Origin: Aquificota bacterium
GTDB taxonomy: Bacteria; Aquificota; Aquificia; Aquificales; Aquificaceae
NCBI GenBank assembly: GCA_013153495.1
Contig: JAADEH010000010.1
Span: 26,379 to 90,378 of the forward strand
Reading direction: 5' to 3'
DNA: 64,000 bases
How positions within the stretch are numbered: the first letter of the stretch is position 1; each line of letters starts with the position of its first letter. A model generated the notes under the pieces. It did not search any database. It was not told the origin of the DNA and saw only the letters and a program-made list of their open reading frames with translations. Positions 51,963-63,580 of this stretch are shown here, piece after piece. Both the position numbers and the translations under genes were made by a program.

Positions 51963-53474
51963 ATGGCTGACGTCAAGGAAAGCCTGAAAAATTTTCAGGA
52001 ACGTTTTTCCTCCCTCCCCCTACATCAGAAGCTCTTAGCTGTTGGTATTCCTGCGGTCGTTTTTTCGCTCCTCGTTACGGTTCTCATCTACTCCCTCAAG
52101 CCCGATTATTCGGTTCTATACAGCAACCTCAACCCGGAGGACATGAATGCTGTTCTGACGGAGCTTGATAAGGAGGGAGTCAAGTATAAGATAGGACCTG
52201 ACGGTAGAACCATACTCGTTCCCGAGGACAAGGTTCGTGATGTGAGGCTCAAGCTTGCTGCCAAGGGAATTCCCAACAAAGGTGTCATAGGCTACGAACT
52301 CTTTGACAAAAGCTCCATAGGTATATCGGAATTTCAACAGAGGGTAAATTTCAAGAGAGCTATAGAGGGTGAGCTTGTAAGGACAATTCTCAGGTTTAAG
52401 AACATAGAGGACGCCCGAGTTCACATAGCCCTGCCGGAAAAATCTATATTCCTGAGAGACGAAAAGGAGCCGAGCGCTTCCGTCTTCATAAAGCTCAAGC
52501 CCGGCACAACTATAACTCCCGAGCAGGTAAAAGCCATAAGAAACCTCGTTGCGGCAAGTGTGGAAGACCTCAGACCAGAAAAGGTCGTGGTTATAGACGA
52601 CAAGGGGAGAAACCTGACTGCTATGCTCGACGACGAGGAAGGGGAAGTATCCAACAAACAGCTCAAGATAAAGAGGGAGTTCGAGAAGGAAATAGAGAAA
52701 AAGGTTCAGACAGCCCTCGAGGAGGCTCTCGGATACGGAAATGTAAAGGTCAGGGTCTCGGTCGAGCTTGACTTTTCAAAGGTTCAGAGGAGGGAAGAAA
52801 TATACGACCCGGACATGACCGCAATAGTTAGCGAGCAGAAGAAGAAGGAGAAAACCGTAGGTGCCCCCACGGGAGGAGTCCCGGGGACCGCTTCAAACGT
52901 CCCCCCAGCCACCGGAGCGGTAACGGGACAGCAGGGAACCATAACTGAAAGGAAGGAAACCACGACCAATTACGAGGTGAGTAAAAAGGAGATAGTCTCC
53001 GTTGACCCGACACTGAAGATAAAAAGGCTCAGCATAGGTGTCATAGTGAATAAGGACTTGAAGGATGTGGACATAAAGAGCATAGAGAAGATAGTTTCCG
53101 CTTCCGCAGGACTCGACCCGAAAAGGGGAGATACCCTTTCGGTGGTAGCAGTTCCCTTCAAAAAGCCCGTCGAGGTGGAGGAGGAAGCTGTTCAGGTTCC
53201 CCTGTGGAAAAAAGTTCTCATACCTGCGATAGCAGGTCTTGTAATAGCTCTCCTCATTCTGTTCGGACTTCTTAAGTTCCTGCGCAAGAAGGAGGCTCCC
53301 GTTCCCGCCCCTGCAGGTGCACCCACCGCTGAAGAGATAGCCACCATAAGCGGAGCGGAAGCTCTTAGGGAAACAGCCCGTGAACTTGAGATAGTGAAAA
53401 CTATAACGGAAGTTGCAAAGAGGGAACCGAAAAAGGTCGCAGCGCTTCTCAAGTTGTGGCTGAGAGAAGAGTAA
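51963..53474 (+). CDS. fliF: Flagellar M-ring protein FliF
   Basis: Two TMs; GYELFD, RAIEGELVRTI, ARVHIALP, and GLDPKRGD. Confidence 0.95.
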   Translation: MADVKESLKNFQERFSSLPLHQKLLAVGIPAVVFSLLVTVLIYSLKPDYSVLYSNLNPEDMNAVLTELDKEGVKYKIGPDGRTILVPEDKVRDVRLKLAAKGIPNKGVIGYELFDKSSIGISEFQQRVNFKRAIEGELVRTILRFKNIEDARVHIALPEKSIFLRDEKEPSASVFIKLKPGTTITPEQVKAIRNLVAASVEDLRPEKVVVIDDKGRNLTAMLDDEEGEVSNKQLKIKREFEKEIEKKVQTALEEALGYGNVKVRVSVELDFSKVQRREEIYDPDMTAIVSEQKKKEKTVGAPTGGVPGTASNVPPATGAVTGQQGTITERKETTTNYEVSKKEIVSVDPTLKIKRLSIGVIVNKDLKDVDIKSIEKIVSASAGLDPKRGDTLSVVAVPFKKPVEVEEEAVQVPLWKKVLIPAIAGLVIALLILFGLLKFLRKKEAPVPAPAGAPTAEEIATISGAEALRETARELEIVKTITEVAKREPKKVAALLKLWLREE

Positions 53475-54875
53475 TCAGTCCCTGTTCCTGTTTATGGCTA
53501 CCCTGCTAACATCTATGGGGTATTTGTTGCTGAAGCAGGCATCGCAGAAGTTTTCCCGGTCCGAGACACAGCTCCTTAGACCTTCCAGGGAGAGATACTT
53601 CAGAGAGTCAACCCCTATGAAGCTCCTTATGTCCTCCAAGCTCATGCGGTTGGCTATAAGCTCCTCTTTCGTAGGGGTATCTATGCCGTAGTAGCAGGGT
53701 CCGACCACGGGAGGAGACGCTATCCTCATGTGTATCTCCTTAACCCCCGCCCTGCGGAGCATGTTAACTATCCTCTTGGAGGTCGTTCCCCTTACCAAGG
53801 AGTCGTCTATGACCACCACCCTTTTGTCTTTCAGAACCGCCCTGTTTGGACTTAACTTCATAAGGACCCTCAGGTTTCTCAATTCCTGGGAGGGTTCTAT
53901 AAAGCTCCTTCCCACGTAGTGGTTTCTTATCAGCCCCATCTCAAAGGGAAGACCCCTCTCCTGAGCGTATCCCAGAGCGGGAACCACTCCCGAGTCCGGC
54001 ACGGGAACTACCACATCCGCTTCCACGTCATCTTCCCTCGCCAGCTGTCTTCCTAAGTTCTTCCTGACCTCGTAAGCCCACTCTCCGAACAGGTAGCTGT
54101 CGGGACGGGAGAAGTAAACAAACTCGAATATGCACATGGCTTTCTTGGGAGCGTCGAGAACCCTGTAGCTTCTTATCCCCGCATTATCTATTACCATAAG
54201 CTCACCGGGATTTACCTCTCTCCAGAACTCCCCCTCGAGTATGTCGAACGCACAGCTTTCGGAGGCAAAGAGTAAGGTCTTGCCCTTCCTTCCCACGCTG
54301 AGAGGTCTGAACCCGTAAGGGTCTCTTCCCGCTACGAGCTTATCTCCCAAAATCATTAAAAAGCTGTAAGCCCCTTCCAGCCTGCTCAGGGTGTATAGGA
54401 TTTTAGGAAGGACTTCCCTATCTCTGGGATGTATCTCCAGCCCTTCCGGTATAAACTCTTCTCCCGTGTCGAGCAGAGCCAAAAATAGCTCCGTATCGGA
54501 GCTGTATTCAAATTCTATCCCCCTCTCCTCAAGCTCCCTTCTCAGGCTCACATAATTTACTATGTTCCCGTTGTGAACCACAGCAACCTGACCCAGGGAA
54601 GTTTCCCTCACGAGAGGTTGTGCGTTCGTGGCTCCCGAGTCTCCCGCTGTAGAATACCTGACGTGAGCTATCGCCATGTTGCCCTCGAGCTTATCTAAGT
54701 CCGACTGGGTTATAGCCTCAAGAACCCTACCGGGTCTTTTAACGGTTTTTATGGTCTTCCCATCCGAGGAGCTTATGCCCACGCTTTCCTGTCCCCTGTG
54801 CTGAAGGGAGTATATTTGCAGGAAAGCATACTGAGAAGCGTAAGGACTGTTAAAAACACCCGCTATCCCGCACAT
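53475..54875 (-). CDS. purF: Amidophosphoribosyltransferase
   Basis: N-terminal MCG, LQHRGQES, HVRYST, DDSLVRGTT, and the PCYYGID/CDAC Fe-S cysteines. Confidence 0.96.
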   Translation of the reverse strand: MCGIAGVFNSPYASQYAFLQIYSLQHRGQESVGISSSDGKTIKTVKRPGRVLEAITQSDLDKLEGNMAIAHVRYSTAGDSGATNAQPLVRETSLGQVAVVHNGNIVNYVSLRRELEERGIEFEYSSDTELFLALLDTGEEFIPEGLEIHPRDREVLPKILYTLSRLEGAYSFLMILGDKLVAGRDPYGFRPLSVGRKGKTLLFASESCAFDILEGEFWREVNPGELMVIDNAGIRSYRVLDAPKKAMCIFEFVYFSRPDSYLFGEWAYEVRKNLGRQLAREDDVEADVVVPVPDSGVVPALGYAQERGLPFEMGLIRNHYVGRSFIEPSQELRNLRVLMKLSPNRAVLKDKRVVVIDDSLVRGTTSKRIVNMLRRAGVKEIHMRIASPPVVGPCYYGIDTPTKEELIANRMSLEDIRSFIGVDSLKYLSLEGLRSCVSDRENFCDACFSNKYPIDVSRVAINRNRD

Positions 54876-54903
54876 AACTTTAACAGAATAAATATATTAC
54901 GAA

Positions 54904-55548
54904 CTACCTGACATGAACAGAAATACTGCTCAATTTCCCCCTGACTATAACCCTACCTAAATCCCCCTTGAAGAGAGCGTCTATCTCCGACTCAGCAGGG
55001 TTTTCCCTGTTCACCTTTATGGTTCCACCGCCTTTGAGGGTCATTCCCATGGCTTTAATGACTCCCTCGAACTTTTCCCCCGTGAACTTAAGCTCTGCAG
55101 ACTCAACTTCCACACCCTGCGCCATTATTCCTTTCAGGTTCAGCGTTCCGAATATACCATTCCTTATTGCAACCTCTCCGCTCAGCTCTCCTACCCGCTC
55201 TATGCAGGAAAATTTGTCAAAGCTAAGCTTGAGGTTTCTCCTGTAGCTTATAAAGCCTTCGAGTCTCCCCTCACCGCAGGTGCCCTTCAGCTTCAACCCC
55301 GAAAGGGTGAGGGATAGATTGAGTTTATCCAGATGAGCAATCTCGGAATTACCTTTGAAGATGCGCACACCTTCCATTATTACTTTTCTGAAGTTTTCTT
55401 CTACCCTTCGGGTGAGTATGTGAATGTCCGCCTCACCGAGAAGCTTGTCTAAGAGAACCGCCTTGGGTAGGGAAACGACCGAGGCAACGCCCCCCACCGT
55501 GAGGAACACGCAGAGTGGAATAAGGAAATTAATAAAAATCTTCCTCAT
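54904..55548 (-). CDS. Type II secretion GspN-like protein
   Basis: N-terminal anchor and a beta-rich body; overlaps the gspD stop. Assignment rests mostly on context. Confidence 0.45.
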   Translation of the reverse strand: MRKIFINFLIPLCVFLTVGGVASVVSLPKAVLLDKLLGEADIHILTRRVEENFRKVIMEGVRIFKGNSEIAHLDKLNLSLTLSGLKLKGTCGEGRLEGFISYRRNLKLSFDKFSCIERVGELSGEVAIRNGIFGTLNLKGIMAQGVEVESAELKFTGEKFEGVIKAMGMTLKGGGTIKVNRENPAESEIDALFKGDLGRVIVRGKLSSISVHVR

Positions 55549-57532
55549 CCTCTTCCTGTTCCTCTTGTTTCTTCTTCTCTTCCAATCTCTTCCTTATTTC
55601 TTCCGACAGTTTCCTGTGCTCTTCCGTAATCTTCGCCAGCTCTTCCGGGGATGATATTACGTAGGGAGTTATGAATATAAACAAGGTCGTTTTGTCCTCC
55701 TGACGGACGTCCCTTCTGAAGAGCCTTCCCACTATGGGAACCTTCCAGAGTCCGGGGACGCCCTCGATAGCCTTCAGGGTTTTGGTGCTCACCAACCCTC
55801 CCAGGATTATGGTCTGCCCATTTTCCACGACCACGTCCGAGTTAACTTCCCTGTTCGACGTTACCGGAACCGTATAGCTGGTAGTTCCTATCTGATTAGT
55901 TACGAAGTCAATAATCTCTTCGAGGTTCAGGCTTATGGTCAGTCTAAGATTGTTACCCGAGACCCTCGGTGTAACGTTAAGCTCGAGTCCTACCTCCTTG
56001 TAGTCGTAAGTGATTATAGGTTGTCCGTTTATGTCAAACTTGACACCTTCCGCATAGGGTATTACCTGCCCCACCTTTATGACCGCCGGCTGGTTGTCGA
56101 GGGTTAAGACCTTGGGGTTAGAAACTATGTTAAAGCCCGAACCCGTCTCCAGCAGGGAGAAAAGGAGCACCAGGTCGGGGAAGAAGAAGTTAGTCCCGCT
56201 TATTGTAATAGTTCTTCCTGCGTCGGAAAAGGCTCCTATGAGGAAGTTCCCTGAAAGAAATGAGCTGTATATGTCGGTGAGAGAGCTTCCCCTAAAGGAG
56301 GCACCACCCCTCTTGCCGAGTATCTGCCACCTGATACCTATGTCGAGTAAGCTCTTGGTGGAGGCTTCCACCACCGTTGCCGCTATCAGAACCTGTTTTC
56401 TCCTGACGTCAAGCTTGGATATAAGCTCTTTAATGCTCTCGTATTCGCTCCTGGTTGCGTATAGTATTACGGAGTTCGTTCCCCTGTCAAAGCCTATCTT
56501 CATTCCCTCTTTTGTGGTTATGAAGCTTATGGGTTGGGGTTGAAGTGGTTGGGTTTGTCTTTGGGGTCTGACCCGCCTTCCACGATTGCTGGTTTGCGCT
56601 GTAGTCTGTGGTCTTTGTGTTTGCTGTCTTTGGGGATAAATCCTGGTCGGGGGTGAGGTTTTCCTTCCTGTCATAAGGTTTTGGAGAGTTTGAGCAAGCT
56701 CCTCTGCGGATATAAAGCTCAGGGGTATTATGTAAAAGCTCCTTTGCTCGGAAAGGACATTTTCCGTATCTACTTTGGAGATTATTTCGCTAACTATGCT
56801 GTGTCCTTCCTTCGTGGTGAACACCACGAGTGCGTTAGCCTCTTGGGAGGAAGCTACCACCATAGGTGAGCCGAACCTTTTAGAAAAAGCGGTATTCAGT
56901 GGAGAGATTAGCCGAACCGCATCCTTGACGGACAGGTATTTGAGTTTATAAATCCTGACCTCTCCTTCCGCTTCGCTTCTGTCTAACCTTGAAAGTATCT
57001 TTCTCGCCTTCCTGATGTTTTCACCTACATCCGCAATTATTATGGAGTTTGATGGGGTGTGAACCGATACCCGTGCGAAGGAGGATAGGAAGGGTCTTAT
57101 GGAGTTCATTACCGTTTGAGCTTCCGTGTGTTTTAGGTTAAAAACCAGAACAGCCAGCTCACCCTTTGCGGGTTTTCCCTTAACCTGAGCTACGGAAACC
57201 GCCTCGTTCAGAGGCAGTATCTTTACCACCTTGTCGTCTTCCACAACGCCGTATCCCTGCATAAACAGGGCTGAGGTGAACACATCCCACGCTTCTCTTA
57301 TCTTCAGAGGTTTTGAGAAAACGAGGCTCATCTTACCCCGCACAGCGGGGTCAACTACTATGTTTTTGTTTAAAAGCTCTCCCATAAACTGAGCAAGTTC
57401 GTTTATGTCCGCATTCTGAAAGTTTAAGATGACCTCACCTCTGGCTTTCGCTTCCGCTACCAAATCTTCCCAAATTTCTTGTGCAAAAAGGCTCGATACC
57501 ACAAGCAAAATTATGAGAACCGCTCTCTTCAT
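55529..57532 (-). CDS. gspD: Type II secretion system secretin GspD
   Basis: LNFQNADI, N1-N3 domains, [27 protein letters not shown], and [14 protein letters not shown]. Confidence 0.88.
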   Translation of the reverse strand: MKRAVLIILLVVSSLFAQEIWEDLVAEAKARGEVILNFQNADINELAQFMGELLNKNIVVDPAVRGKMSLVFSKPLKIREAWDVFTSALFMQGYGVVEDDKVVKILPLNEAVSVAQVKGKPAKGELAVLVFNLKHTEAQTVMNSIRPFLSSFARVSVHTPSNSIIIADVGENIRKARKILSRLDRSEAEGEVRIYKLKYLSVKDAVRLISPLNTAFSKRFGSPMVVASSQEANALVVFTTKEGHSIVSEIISKVDTENVLSEQRSFYIIPLSFISAEELAQTLQNLMTGRKTSPPTRIYPQRQQTQRPQTTAQTSNRGRRVRPQRQTQPLQPQPISFITTKEGMKIGFDRGTNSVILYATRSEYESIKELISKLDVRRKQVLIAATVVEASTKSLLDIGIRWQILGKRGGASFRGSSLTDIYSSFLSGNFLIGAFSDAGRTITISGTNFFFPDLVLLFSLLETGSGFNIVSNPKVLTLDNQPAVIKVGQVIPYAEGVKFDINGQPIITYDYKEVGLELNVTPRVSGNNLRLTISLNLEEIIDFVTNQIGTTSYTVPVTSNREVNSDVVVENGQTIILGGLVSTKTLKAIEGVPGLWKVPIVGRLFRRDVRQEDKTTLFIFITPYVISSPEELAKITEEHRKLSEEIRKRLEEKKKQEEQEEDEEDFY

Positions 57533-57563
57533 ATTTCCACAGAGTTATTATAATTTTTCCTGT

Positions 57564-59087
57564 ATGAACCCAAAACTCGAATTGGAGACCCTTTACGAGA
57601 TAAGCAAACTGCTTTCAAGCTCTTTAAATATCGAAGCAACCGTTCCCTACATATTCAGGCTCTTAAAGAAATACATGGGCTTTGAGAGGATTACCCTAAC
57701 CCTATACGACCCCTCTACGGACCAGATAGTGGTAAAAGCCACCTCCTCGGGAAAGTTCCCCAAGGAAGGCTTCAGGAAAGGGGAAGGTATAACGGGCAAG
57801 GTCTGGAAGCACGGTGTCCCGATAGTTATTCCCGACATATCCAAAGAACCCGAGTTCTTGAACAAGCTCTGGAAGAGAAAGAACATCAAAGGTAAAAAGA
57901 TAGCCTTCATAGCGGTGCCGATAAAAATCGGAGGTGAGGTGATAGGGGTCCTGAGTGCGGATAAGGAGATGTCCGGTAGGGAGTCCCTCGACGAGCTTAC
58001 CCGCTTCCTGAACATGATAGCGACCCTCATAGCCAACAGCTTTTCCCTCGAGAGGAAGGTAGAGGAGGAGAGAAAGGGTCTCGAGATAGAGAAAAAAGCT
58101 CTCGAGATGGAGCTTAAGAGGATATACAAAGACCTTAAGGTAGAGGGGATAGTAGGCAGGAGCAGGCAGATACTCGAGGTCCTGGACCTCGTTCACAGGG
58201 TAGCACCTACAAATGCTACGGTTCTGCTAAGGGGTGAGAGCGGTGTTGGTAAGGAGGTTTTTGCAAGAGCCATACACTTCTTGAGTCCGAGAGCGGACAA
58301 ACCCTTCGTAACGGTCAACTGTGCCGCAATACCTGAGACCCTGCTCGAGGCTGAACTCTTCGGATACGAGAAGGGAGCCTTTACGGGAGCCTACGGAACC
58401 AAAAAGGGCAAATTTGAGCTTGCCAGCGGAGGGACCATATTCCTCGACGAGATAGGGGACATGCCTCTCTTCTTGCAGGTAAAACTTCTCAGAGTTCTTC
58501 AGGAGAAGGAAATAGAGAGGTTGGGAGGAAGCAAACCCATAAAGGTTGACGTTAGGGTGATTGCGGCAACCAACAGAAACTTGGAACAGCTTATGAAGGA
58601 AGGTAAGTTCAGGGAAGACCTCTACTACCGCCTGAATGTCTTTCCCATATTCATCCCGCCTCTGAGGGAGAGGAGAGAGGACATTCCTATCCTCGTTCAG
58701 CATTTTGTAGAGACCTTCGGTAGGGAATACGGAAAGGAGGTGAAGGTGTCCCCGGAAGTTATGGACCTCTTTATGGCTTACGACTGGCCCGGAAACGTGA
58801 GAGAGCTTCAGAATGTGGTGGAGAGAATGATTATCCTCGATACCGACGGTGTTTTAACGGTGGAGGAGCTTCCCTCGGAACTCAAAAGTAGCGTTGAGAA
58901 ACCCAAAACTACACCTCCACCCCAACCTTCGGAGGGGGAGTCTATATGGGACATAGAGAGAAAACTGATAGAGCAGGCTCTCAGGGAGTCCGGATACGTC
59001 ATCAAGGAAGCGGCAAAGAAGCTCGGCATGACACCACGGCAGGTTAGCTACCGAATACAAAAATACGGTATAAAATTACCCCGATGA
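57564..59087 (+). CDS. GAF-AAA-HTH sigma54 activator (NifA-like)
   Basis: GAF (GEGITGKV); [20 protein letters not shown] and [10 protein letters not shown]; C-terminal HTH. Start reassigned to the ATG at 57564. Confidence 0.92.
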   Translation: MNPKLELETLYEISKLLSSSLNIEATVPYIFRLLKKYMGFERITLTLYDPSTDQIVVKATSSGKFPKEGFRKGEGITGKVWKHGVPIVIPDISKEPEFLNKLWKRKNIKGKKIAFIAVPIKIGGEVIGVLSADKEMSGRESLDELTRFLNMIATLIANSFSLERKVEEERKGLEIEKKALEMELKRIYKDLKVEGIVGRSRQILEVLDLVHRVAPTNATVLLRGESGVGKEVFARAIHFLSPRADKPFVTVNCAAIPETLLEAELFGYEKGAFTGAYGTKKGKFELASGGTIFLDEIGDMPLFLQVKLLRVLQEKEIERLGGSKPIKVDVRVIAATNRNLEQLMKEGKFREDLYYRLNVFPIFIPPLRERREDIPILVQHFVETFGREYGKEVKVSPEVMDLFMAYDWPGNVRELQNVVERMIILDTDGVLTVEELPSELKSSVEKPKTTPPPQPSEGESIWDIERKLIEQALRESGYVIKEAAKKLGMTPRQVSYRIQKYGIKLPR

Positions 59088-59863
59088 GGGAGAAAGCCTA
59101 CCTTTCGAAGATACTCATATATCCCTTCAAAGGTCTCGACCCCGTGGAGGTTGAGGAAGCGGTAATAGGTGATAAAGGTTCTCTTGTGCACGATAGGGAG
59201 TTCGCTCTTCTCGACGAAGAGGACAGGGTGGTAAGCGCAAAGAGGGAGAAAAAGCTACACCGCATAAGAAGTAGCATATATTTTGACACTCAGGTTATGA
59301 AGTTTTCCTACGAGGGGAGGGTTTACGAATTCACCTTTGAGGAGACGAAGGCAATAGAAGACTTCTTTTCGGAAGTTCTCGGATACAAGGTCTTTCTGAA
59401 GAGGTTTCCCGAGGGAGGTATGCCGGACGACAGAAAGGCTCACGGACCCACGGTGGTAAGCACCGCAACCCTAAAAGAGGTAGGAAGCTGGTTTGGACTA
59501 CCGGAGGAAGAGATAAGGCTTCGCTTCAGAGCTAACCTCGAAATAGACGGAGTTCCACCCTTTTGGGAGGACAAGCTCGTGGGAGAGGACTATCCCAAAA
59601 AGTTCACCGTAGGTGAGGTTCTCTTCGAAGGGCACGGCATATCCAAAAGATGTCCCGTTCCCACGAGGAACCCATATACGGGTAAGGAGCTTAAGGGTTT
59701 TGCAAAAACTTTTATAGAGAAGAGAAGAGAAACGCTCCCCCCCTGGTCCCCGAAGGGGAGATTTTCCGACACCTTTTACCGTCTATGTGTCAATACCGTC
59801 GTTCCTGAGAGCGAGCTGGGAAAGGTTATTAAGGTCGGAGACGAGGTTCATCTCAAGACCTAA
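59084..59863 (+). CDS. MOSC domain protein
   Basis: IYPFKG, HDREFAL, RFRANL, and RCPVP motifs. Confidence 0.8.
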   Translation: MREKAYLSKILIYPFKGLDPVEVEEAVIGDKGSLVHDREFALLDEEDRVVSAKREKKLHRIRSSIYFDTQVMKFSYEGRVYEFTFEETKAIEDFFSEVLGYKVFLKRFPEGGMPDDRKAHGPTVVSTATLKEVGSWFGLPEEEIRLRFRANLEIDGVPPFWEDKLVGEDYPKKFTVGEVLFEGHGISKRCPVPTRNPYTGKELKGFAKTFIEKRRETLPPWSPKGRFSDTFYRLCVNTVVPESELGKVIKVGDEVHLKT

Positions 59864-60553
59864 ACTGACCACCTCACCCACTACCATCACCGCAGGAGTT
59901 CTAACTTCAGGTGGGTTGAGAGCTACCTCTTCCAGCGAAGAGAAAATAACCCTCTGCTCGGGAGTAGTAGCTTTCTCTACGAAGGCTACCGGTTCTTTGG
60001 GGTCCCTACCTGTCTTTATAAGGTCCCTCGCTATTTCCTGCCTTCTCTTTACACCCATAAGTATCACCAGTGTGTCTATCTTTGCGAATGCGGACCAGTC
60101 TATACCCCTGTTGGGGTGTCCCGTTACCACAGCAAACGAAGAGGATACTCCTCTGTGGGTCAAGGGGATTAGAGCGGAGGAGGGTGCAGCGACAGCGGAG
60201 GTTATACCGGGAACTACCTCTACCTCTATACCTTTTTCTTTTAGGTAAGTAAGTTCCTCTCCGCCCCTTCCAAAGACGAAGGGGTCTCCCCCCTTTAACC
60301 TGACTACAATTTTGTCCTGTCTTGCAAATTTGTAAATCAGCTCGTTTATTTCCTCTTGGGGCAAGGAGTGTCGCCCGTCCCGTTTACCAACGTATATCTT
60401 CAGACAATCCAATTTTGTAATCGTCAGTATGTCTTTACTCACGAGAGCGTCGTATAGAACCACATCTGCGGATTTTAGAACCTTGTAAGCCTTTATAGTT
60501 AAAAGCTCGGGGTCGCCGGGACCCCCACCTACGAGATAAACCTTACCCATCAT
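59783..60553 (-). CDS. cobA: Uroporphyrinogen-III C-methyltransferase
   Basis: LVGGGPGDPELLT, VRLKGGDPFVFGRGGEE, and VPGITSA. Confidence 0.93.
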   Translation of the reverse strand: MMGKVYLVGGGPGDPELLTIKAYKVLKSADVVLYDALVSKDILTITKLDCLKIYVGKRDGRHSLPQEEINELIYKFARQDKIVVRLKGGDPFVFGRGGEELTYLKEKGIEVEVVPGITSAVAAPSSALIPLTHRGVSSSFAVVTGHPNRGIDWSAFAKIDTLVILMGVKRRQEIARDLIKTGRDPKEPVAFVEKATTPEQRVIFSSLEEVALNPPEVRTPAVMVVGEVVSLGLEMNLVSDLNNLSQLALRNDGIDT

Positions 60554-61380
60554 GCAGCCTCTTTTACCACCTGAGCCTCAACCTCTTCCTTCTTCCTGTG
60601 GGTCAGATAAAGTCCCATACCTGTGAAGGTGAACCCTGCTACGAGGTTTCCGAGGGTTACGGGAATTTGGTTCCAGAACCACCAGTCCCACAGGGTTATG
60701 TCCGCTCCGAAGAGCATTCCCGTGGGCATCAGGAACATGTTAACGACAGCGTGCTCGAACCCGAGAGCGAAGAAGGTCAGTATGGGAAGCCACATAGCCG
60801 CTATCTTGCCTATAACGTGCTGGGCTACCATAGCCATAACAGCTCCGAGGGTAACCATCCAGTTGCAGAGGATAGCCTTTACGAAGGCTACGGTCCAGCC
60901 GTCCACGAAACCCAGCTTTGCGTATCCGAGGGTGTTTGCCTCTGCTACTTTGGCAATCATCTTTCCCACGGTGGGTTCGGGGACATTTCCCATCTTAGTG
61001 GCTGCTATGTAGAAGAGAAGTCCGTAAAAGAAGGTTCCACCCAAGTGTCCTATATACACCCAGAACCAGTTGTAAAGCATACGACCGAAGGTCGTTTTTC
61101 TTTCAAGAACCGCTAAGGGTATCAGCGCAAAGTTGCCGGTTACGAGTTCGAGACCGAGAAGGACTATCATCACGAAGCCGAGGGGAAAGACCAGGGACCC
61201 TACTATCCTCATGTCGGTCTGAGAGATAGCTGAGAAGGCAACGGTAACCGCATACCCTAAGAGCGCACCCGCTAAAAATCCCCTTATCAGAAGGTGCTTT
61301 GCGGAAAGACCCGCTTTGTAGGCTCCCGCTTGAATCATCTGCTCGACCACAGCCTCCGGCTTGACGTATCCCATCTTCAA
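60550..61380 (-). CDS. Formate/nitrite transporter family channel
   Basis: GLELVTGN, AILCNWMV, and GFEHAVVNMF motifs. The true start may be the ATG at 61374. Confidence 0.92.
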   Translation of the reverse strand: MKMGYVKPEAVVEQMIQAGAYKAGLSAKHLLIRGFLAGALLGYAVTVAFSAISQTDMRIVGSLVFPLGFVMIVLLGLELVTGNFALIPLAVLERKTTFGRMLYNWFWVYIGHLGGTFFYGLLFYIAATKMGNVPEPTVGKMIAKVAEANTLGYAKLGFVDGWTVAFVKAILCNWMVTLGAVMAMVAQHVIGKIAAMWLPILTFFALGFEHAVVNMFLMPTGMLFGADITLWDWWFWNQIPVTLGNLVAGFTFTGMGLYLTHRKKEEVEAQVVKEAA

Positions 61381-61437
61381 CCTCCTCTATAAGATTTGAG
61401 ATTGTTAGCTTCTTCGGGAGCCGTTCGCACGAAAAGT

Positions 61438-61453
61438 TGCAATAAGCATGCCA
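61438..61453 (-). promoter_or_regulatory. Sigma54 (-24/-12) promoter of the FNT-cobA operon
   Basis: The minus strand reads TGGCATGCTTATTGCA (GG-N10-GC), 58 nt upstream of the FNT start. Confidence 0.8.
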
Positions 61454-61459
61454 CTATGA

Positions 61460-61475
61460 CGAAAATCAGTTTTCG
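61460..61475. promoter_or_regulatory. Palindromic operator between the divergent FNT and sulP genes
   Basis: CGAAAA-TCAG-TTTTCG, 6 bp upstream of the -24 element. Confidence 0.45.
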
Positions 61476-61492
61476 GATTAAATTCTCTTTTA

Positions 61493-63580
61493 ATGGTGGA
61501 GAGGGTTTTTCCCTTTCTGGGGTGGCTCAGAAACTACAACAAGGAATCCGCAGTCAGGGACTTCATAGCGGGTCTTACGGTTGCCGTCGTTCTCGTTCCC
61601 CAATCCATGGCATACGCTATGCTTGCGGGTCTTCCCCCTGTAGTCGGTCTTTACGCTTCCGCTTTTGCACCTGCTATTGCGGCTCTGTGGGGTAGCTCTC
61701 CTCAGCTCCAAACGGGTCCCGTTGCGATAGTAAGCTTGCTCGTTTTTACCTCCCTGCTTCCCATAGCGGAGCCTGAAAGTGAGAAGTTCGTTCAGCTTGC
61801 GGCACTTTTGGCTCTTCTGGTAGGTGTGTTTCAACTGGCTCTGGGTGTGTTCAGGCTCGGATTTATTATGAACTTCGTTTCCCATGCGGTCGTGGTGGGC
61901 TTTTCCAACGCTGCGGCTATCATAATAGCTTCCACTCAGGTTCCTCACCTGCTCGGCATAGAGATTGAAAAGCACGAGTTCGTCTTTAAGAACTTCATCG
62001 AGATAGCGAAAAATATAGACGAAACCCACCTATACACCGCAATAATAGGCTTTTCCGCTACGGCTTTTATACTCCTCTCGAGAAAGATACATCCCCTCTT
62101 TCCCGGGGCGCTGGTGGTGGTGGTGGTTTCAACCCTGTCCGCTTACTACTTGGGGCTGGAAAAACTCGGTGTGAAGGTGGTGGGGCACATACCCTCCGGG
62201 CTTCCTACTCCCTCCCTGCCGGATATAGACCTGGACATGGTGGACGAGCTTATGGGTCAGGCTATAGTGATAGCGATAATCGGTTTTATGGAAGCATACG
62301 CAATAGCCAAAACTATGGCGGCTCAGACCAAGCACAAGCTCGATGTGGACCAGGAACTTATTGGGCAAGGGCTTGCCAACCTCGTTAACTCCTTCGTGAG
62401 AGGATATCCCGTTAGCGGTTCCTTCTCAAGGAGTGCGGTCAACTTCTTGGCGGGAGCCAAGACGGGAATGTCGAGCGTCTTTACGAGCCTCTTCGTTATT
62501 TTTACCCTGTTTTTCTTAGCACCGCTTCTTTACAACCTTCCCAAGGCGGCACTCGCTGCGGTGGTCATAGTGGCGGTTCTCGGAATAGTCAAGCCGAAGG
62601 CTTTTTTAGAACTATACAGGACAAACCCCCAGGACGGCGTGGTTGCAGGGATTACCTTCATATCCGCTTTCATAATGAAGCCTGACTACGCAATATTCAT
62701 AGGAATTTTGCTTTCCCTGATACTCTTCCTCTGGAGAAGCATGCATCCCAGGATAGTGGTTCTTACGAGGGATTCCAAGACGAGAACCTTCATGAACGCT
62801 GAGCTTTTTGGGCTTCCCGAGTGTCCCCAGATGCTCTTCATCAGACCCGACGCTTCCCTCTACTTTGCTAATGTTGAGCACATAATAGAGGAGATAGACC
62901 ACCTCGTAGAGAAGCACCGAAGGTCCCTAAAACATCTCGTGATAGATGCGGAGTCCATAAACTACGTTGACGCAACCGCAATAGACGTTTTGAAGGAGTA
63001 TGTGGAAGACCTTGAGAAGAAAGGTATAAAACTTCACTTCGTGAACCTGAAGACTCCTGTGAGGAACGCTCTCGAGAGGGCGGGGCTTTTTGAAAAGATA
63101 GGTGAGGATAGGATACTTCCCTCCAAGGGAACAGCTGTGTCCAAGCTCTTTGCCTCCATAGACCACAACTTTTGCAGGTCCGAGTGTCCCTATGCGGTAT
63201 TCGACGAGTGTTACGAAGTAAAGGAATTCTTGAAGTTCAGGCAAGGAGACCAGGACCTTATCAGGAAGTTTTACACCCTCCTCAACTCTCGTGAAGTTAA
63301 AGTCTTCATAGGAAACAGGGACAGGACTTTGCTAATTCAAGAGGGTAGAAACACCTTTGAGTTTGACGCAGGAGATTTCCTCGTGGACGAGAGGGGAAGG
63401 ATTTTTCTCGTTCCCTCGAAGGTGATAACTACGAACGGCAAGGTCGTAAGTGCGGGGAAGCTGGGTTCACAGTTGGGACTTGAAAAGGTAAACGGTAATA
63501 TTCTTTTGGGGTCCTTTCACGAAGAGGCGGTGGAAAACCTACTCAAGCTCGTGAGATCTTCTCTCGAAACCACTCGATAG
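61493..63580 (+). CDS. sulP: SulP/SLC26 anion transporter with STAS domain and a C-terminal extension
   Basis: [33 protein letters not shown] and SFSRSAVN; STAS ([14 protein letters not shown]). Confidence 0.92.
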   Translation: MVERVFPFLGWLRNYNKESAVRDFIAGLTVAVVLVPQSMAYAMLAGLPPVVGLYASAFAPAIAALWGSSPQLQTGPVAIVSLLVFTSLLPIAEPESEKFVQLAALLALLVGVFQLALGVFRLGFIMNFVSHAVVVGFSNAAAIIIASTQVPHLLGIEIEKHEFVFKNFIEIAKNIDETHLYTAIIGFSATAFILLSRKIHPLFPGALVVVVVSTLSAYYLGLEKLGVKVVGHIPSGLPTPSLPDIDLDMVDELMGQAIVIAIIGFMEAYAIAKTMAAQTKHKLDVDQELIGQGLANLVNSFVRGYPVSGSFSRSAVNFLAGAKTGMSSVFTSLFVIFTLFFLAPLLYNLPKAALAAVVIVAVLGIVKPKAFLELYRTNPQDGVVAGITFISAFIMKPDYAIFIGILLSLILFLWRSMHPRIVVLTRDSKTRTFMNAELFGLPECPQMLFIRPDASLYFANVEHIIEEIDHLVEKHRRSLKHLVIDAESINYVDATAIDVLKEYVEDLEKKGIKLHFVNLKTPVRNALERAGLFEKIGEDRILPSKGTAVSKLFASIDHNFCRSECPYAVFDECYEVKEFLKFRQGDQDLIRKFYTLLNSREVKVFIGNRDRTLLIQEGRNTFEFDAGDFLVDERGRIFLVPSKVITTNGKVVSAGKLGSQLGLEKVNGNILLGSFHEEAVENLLKLVRSSLETTR

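Noticed and set aside
57429-57563. ORF-track N-terminal extension of the sigma54 activator overlapping gspD
   Set aside because: It would overlap the divergent gspD start; the ATG at 57564 with its own -10 box is more plausible. The extensions on uppP, HAD, acyP and the dehydrogenase were trimmed for similar reasons.
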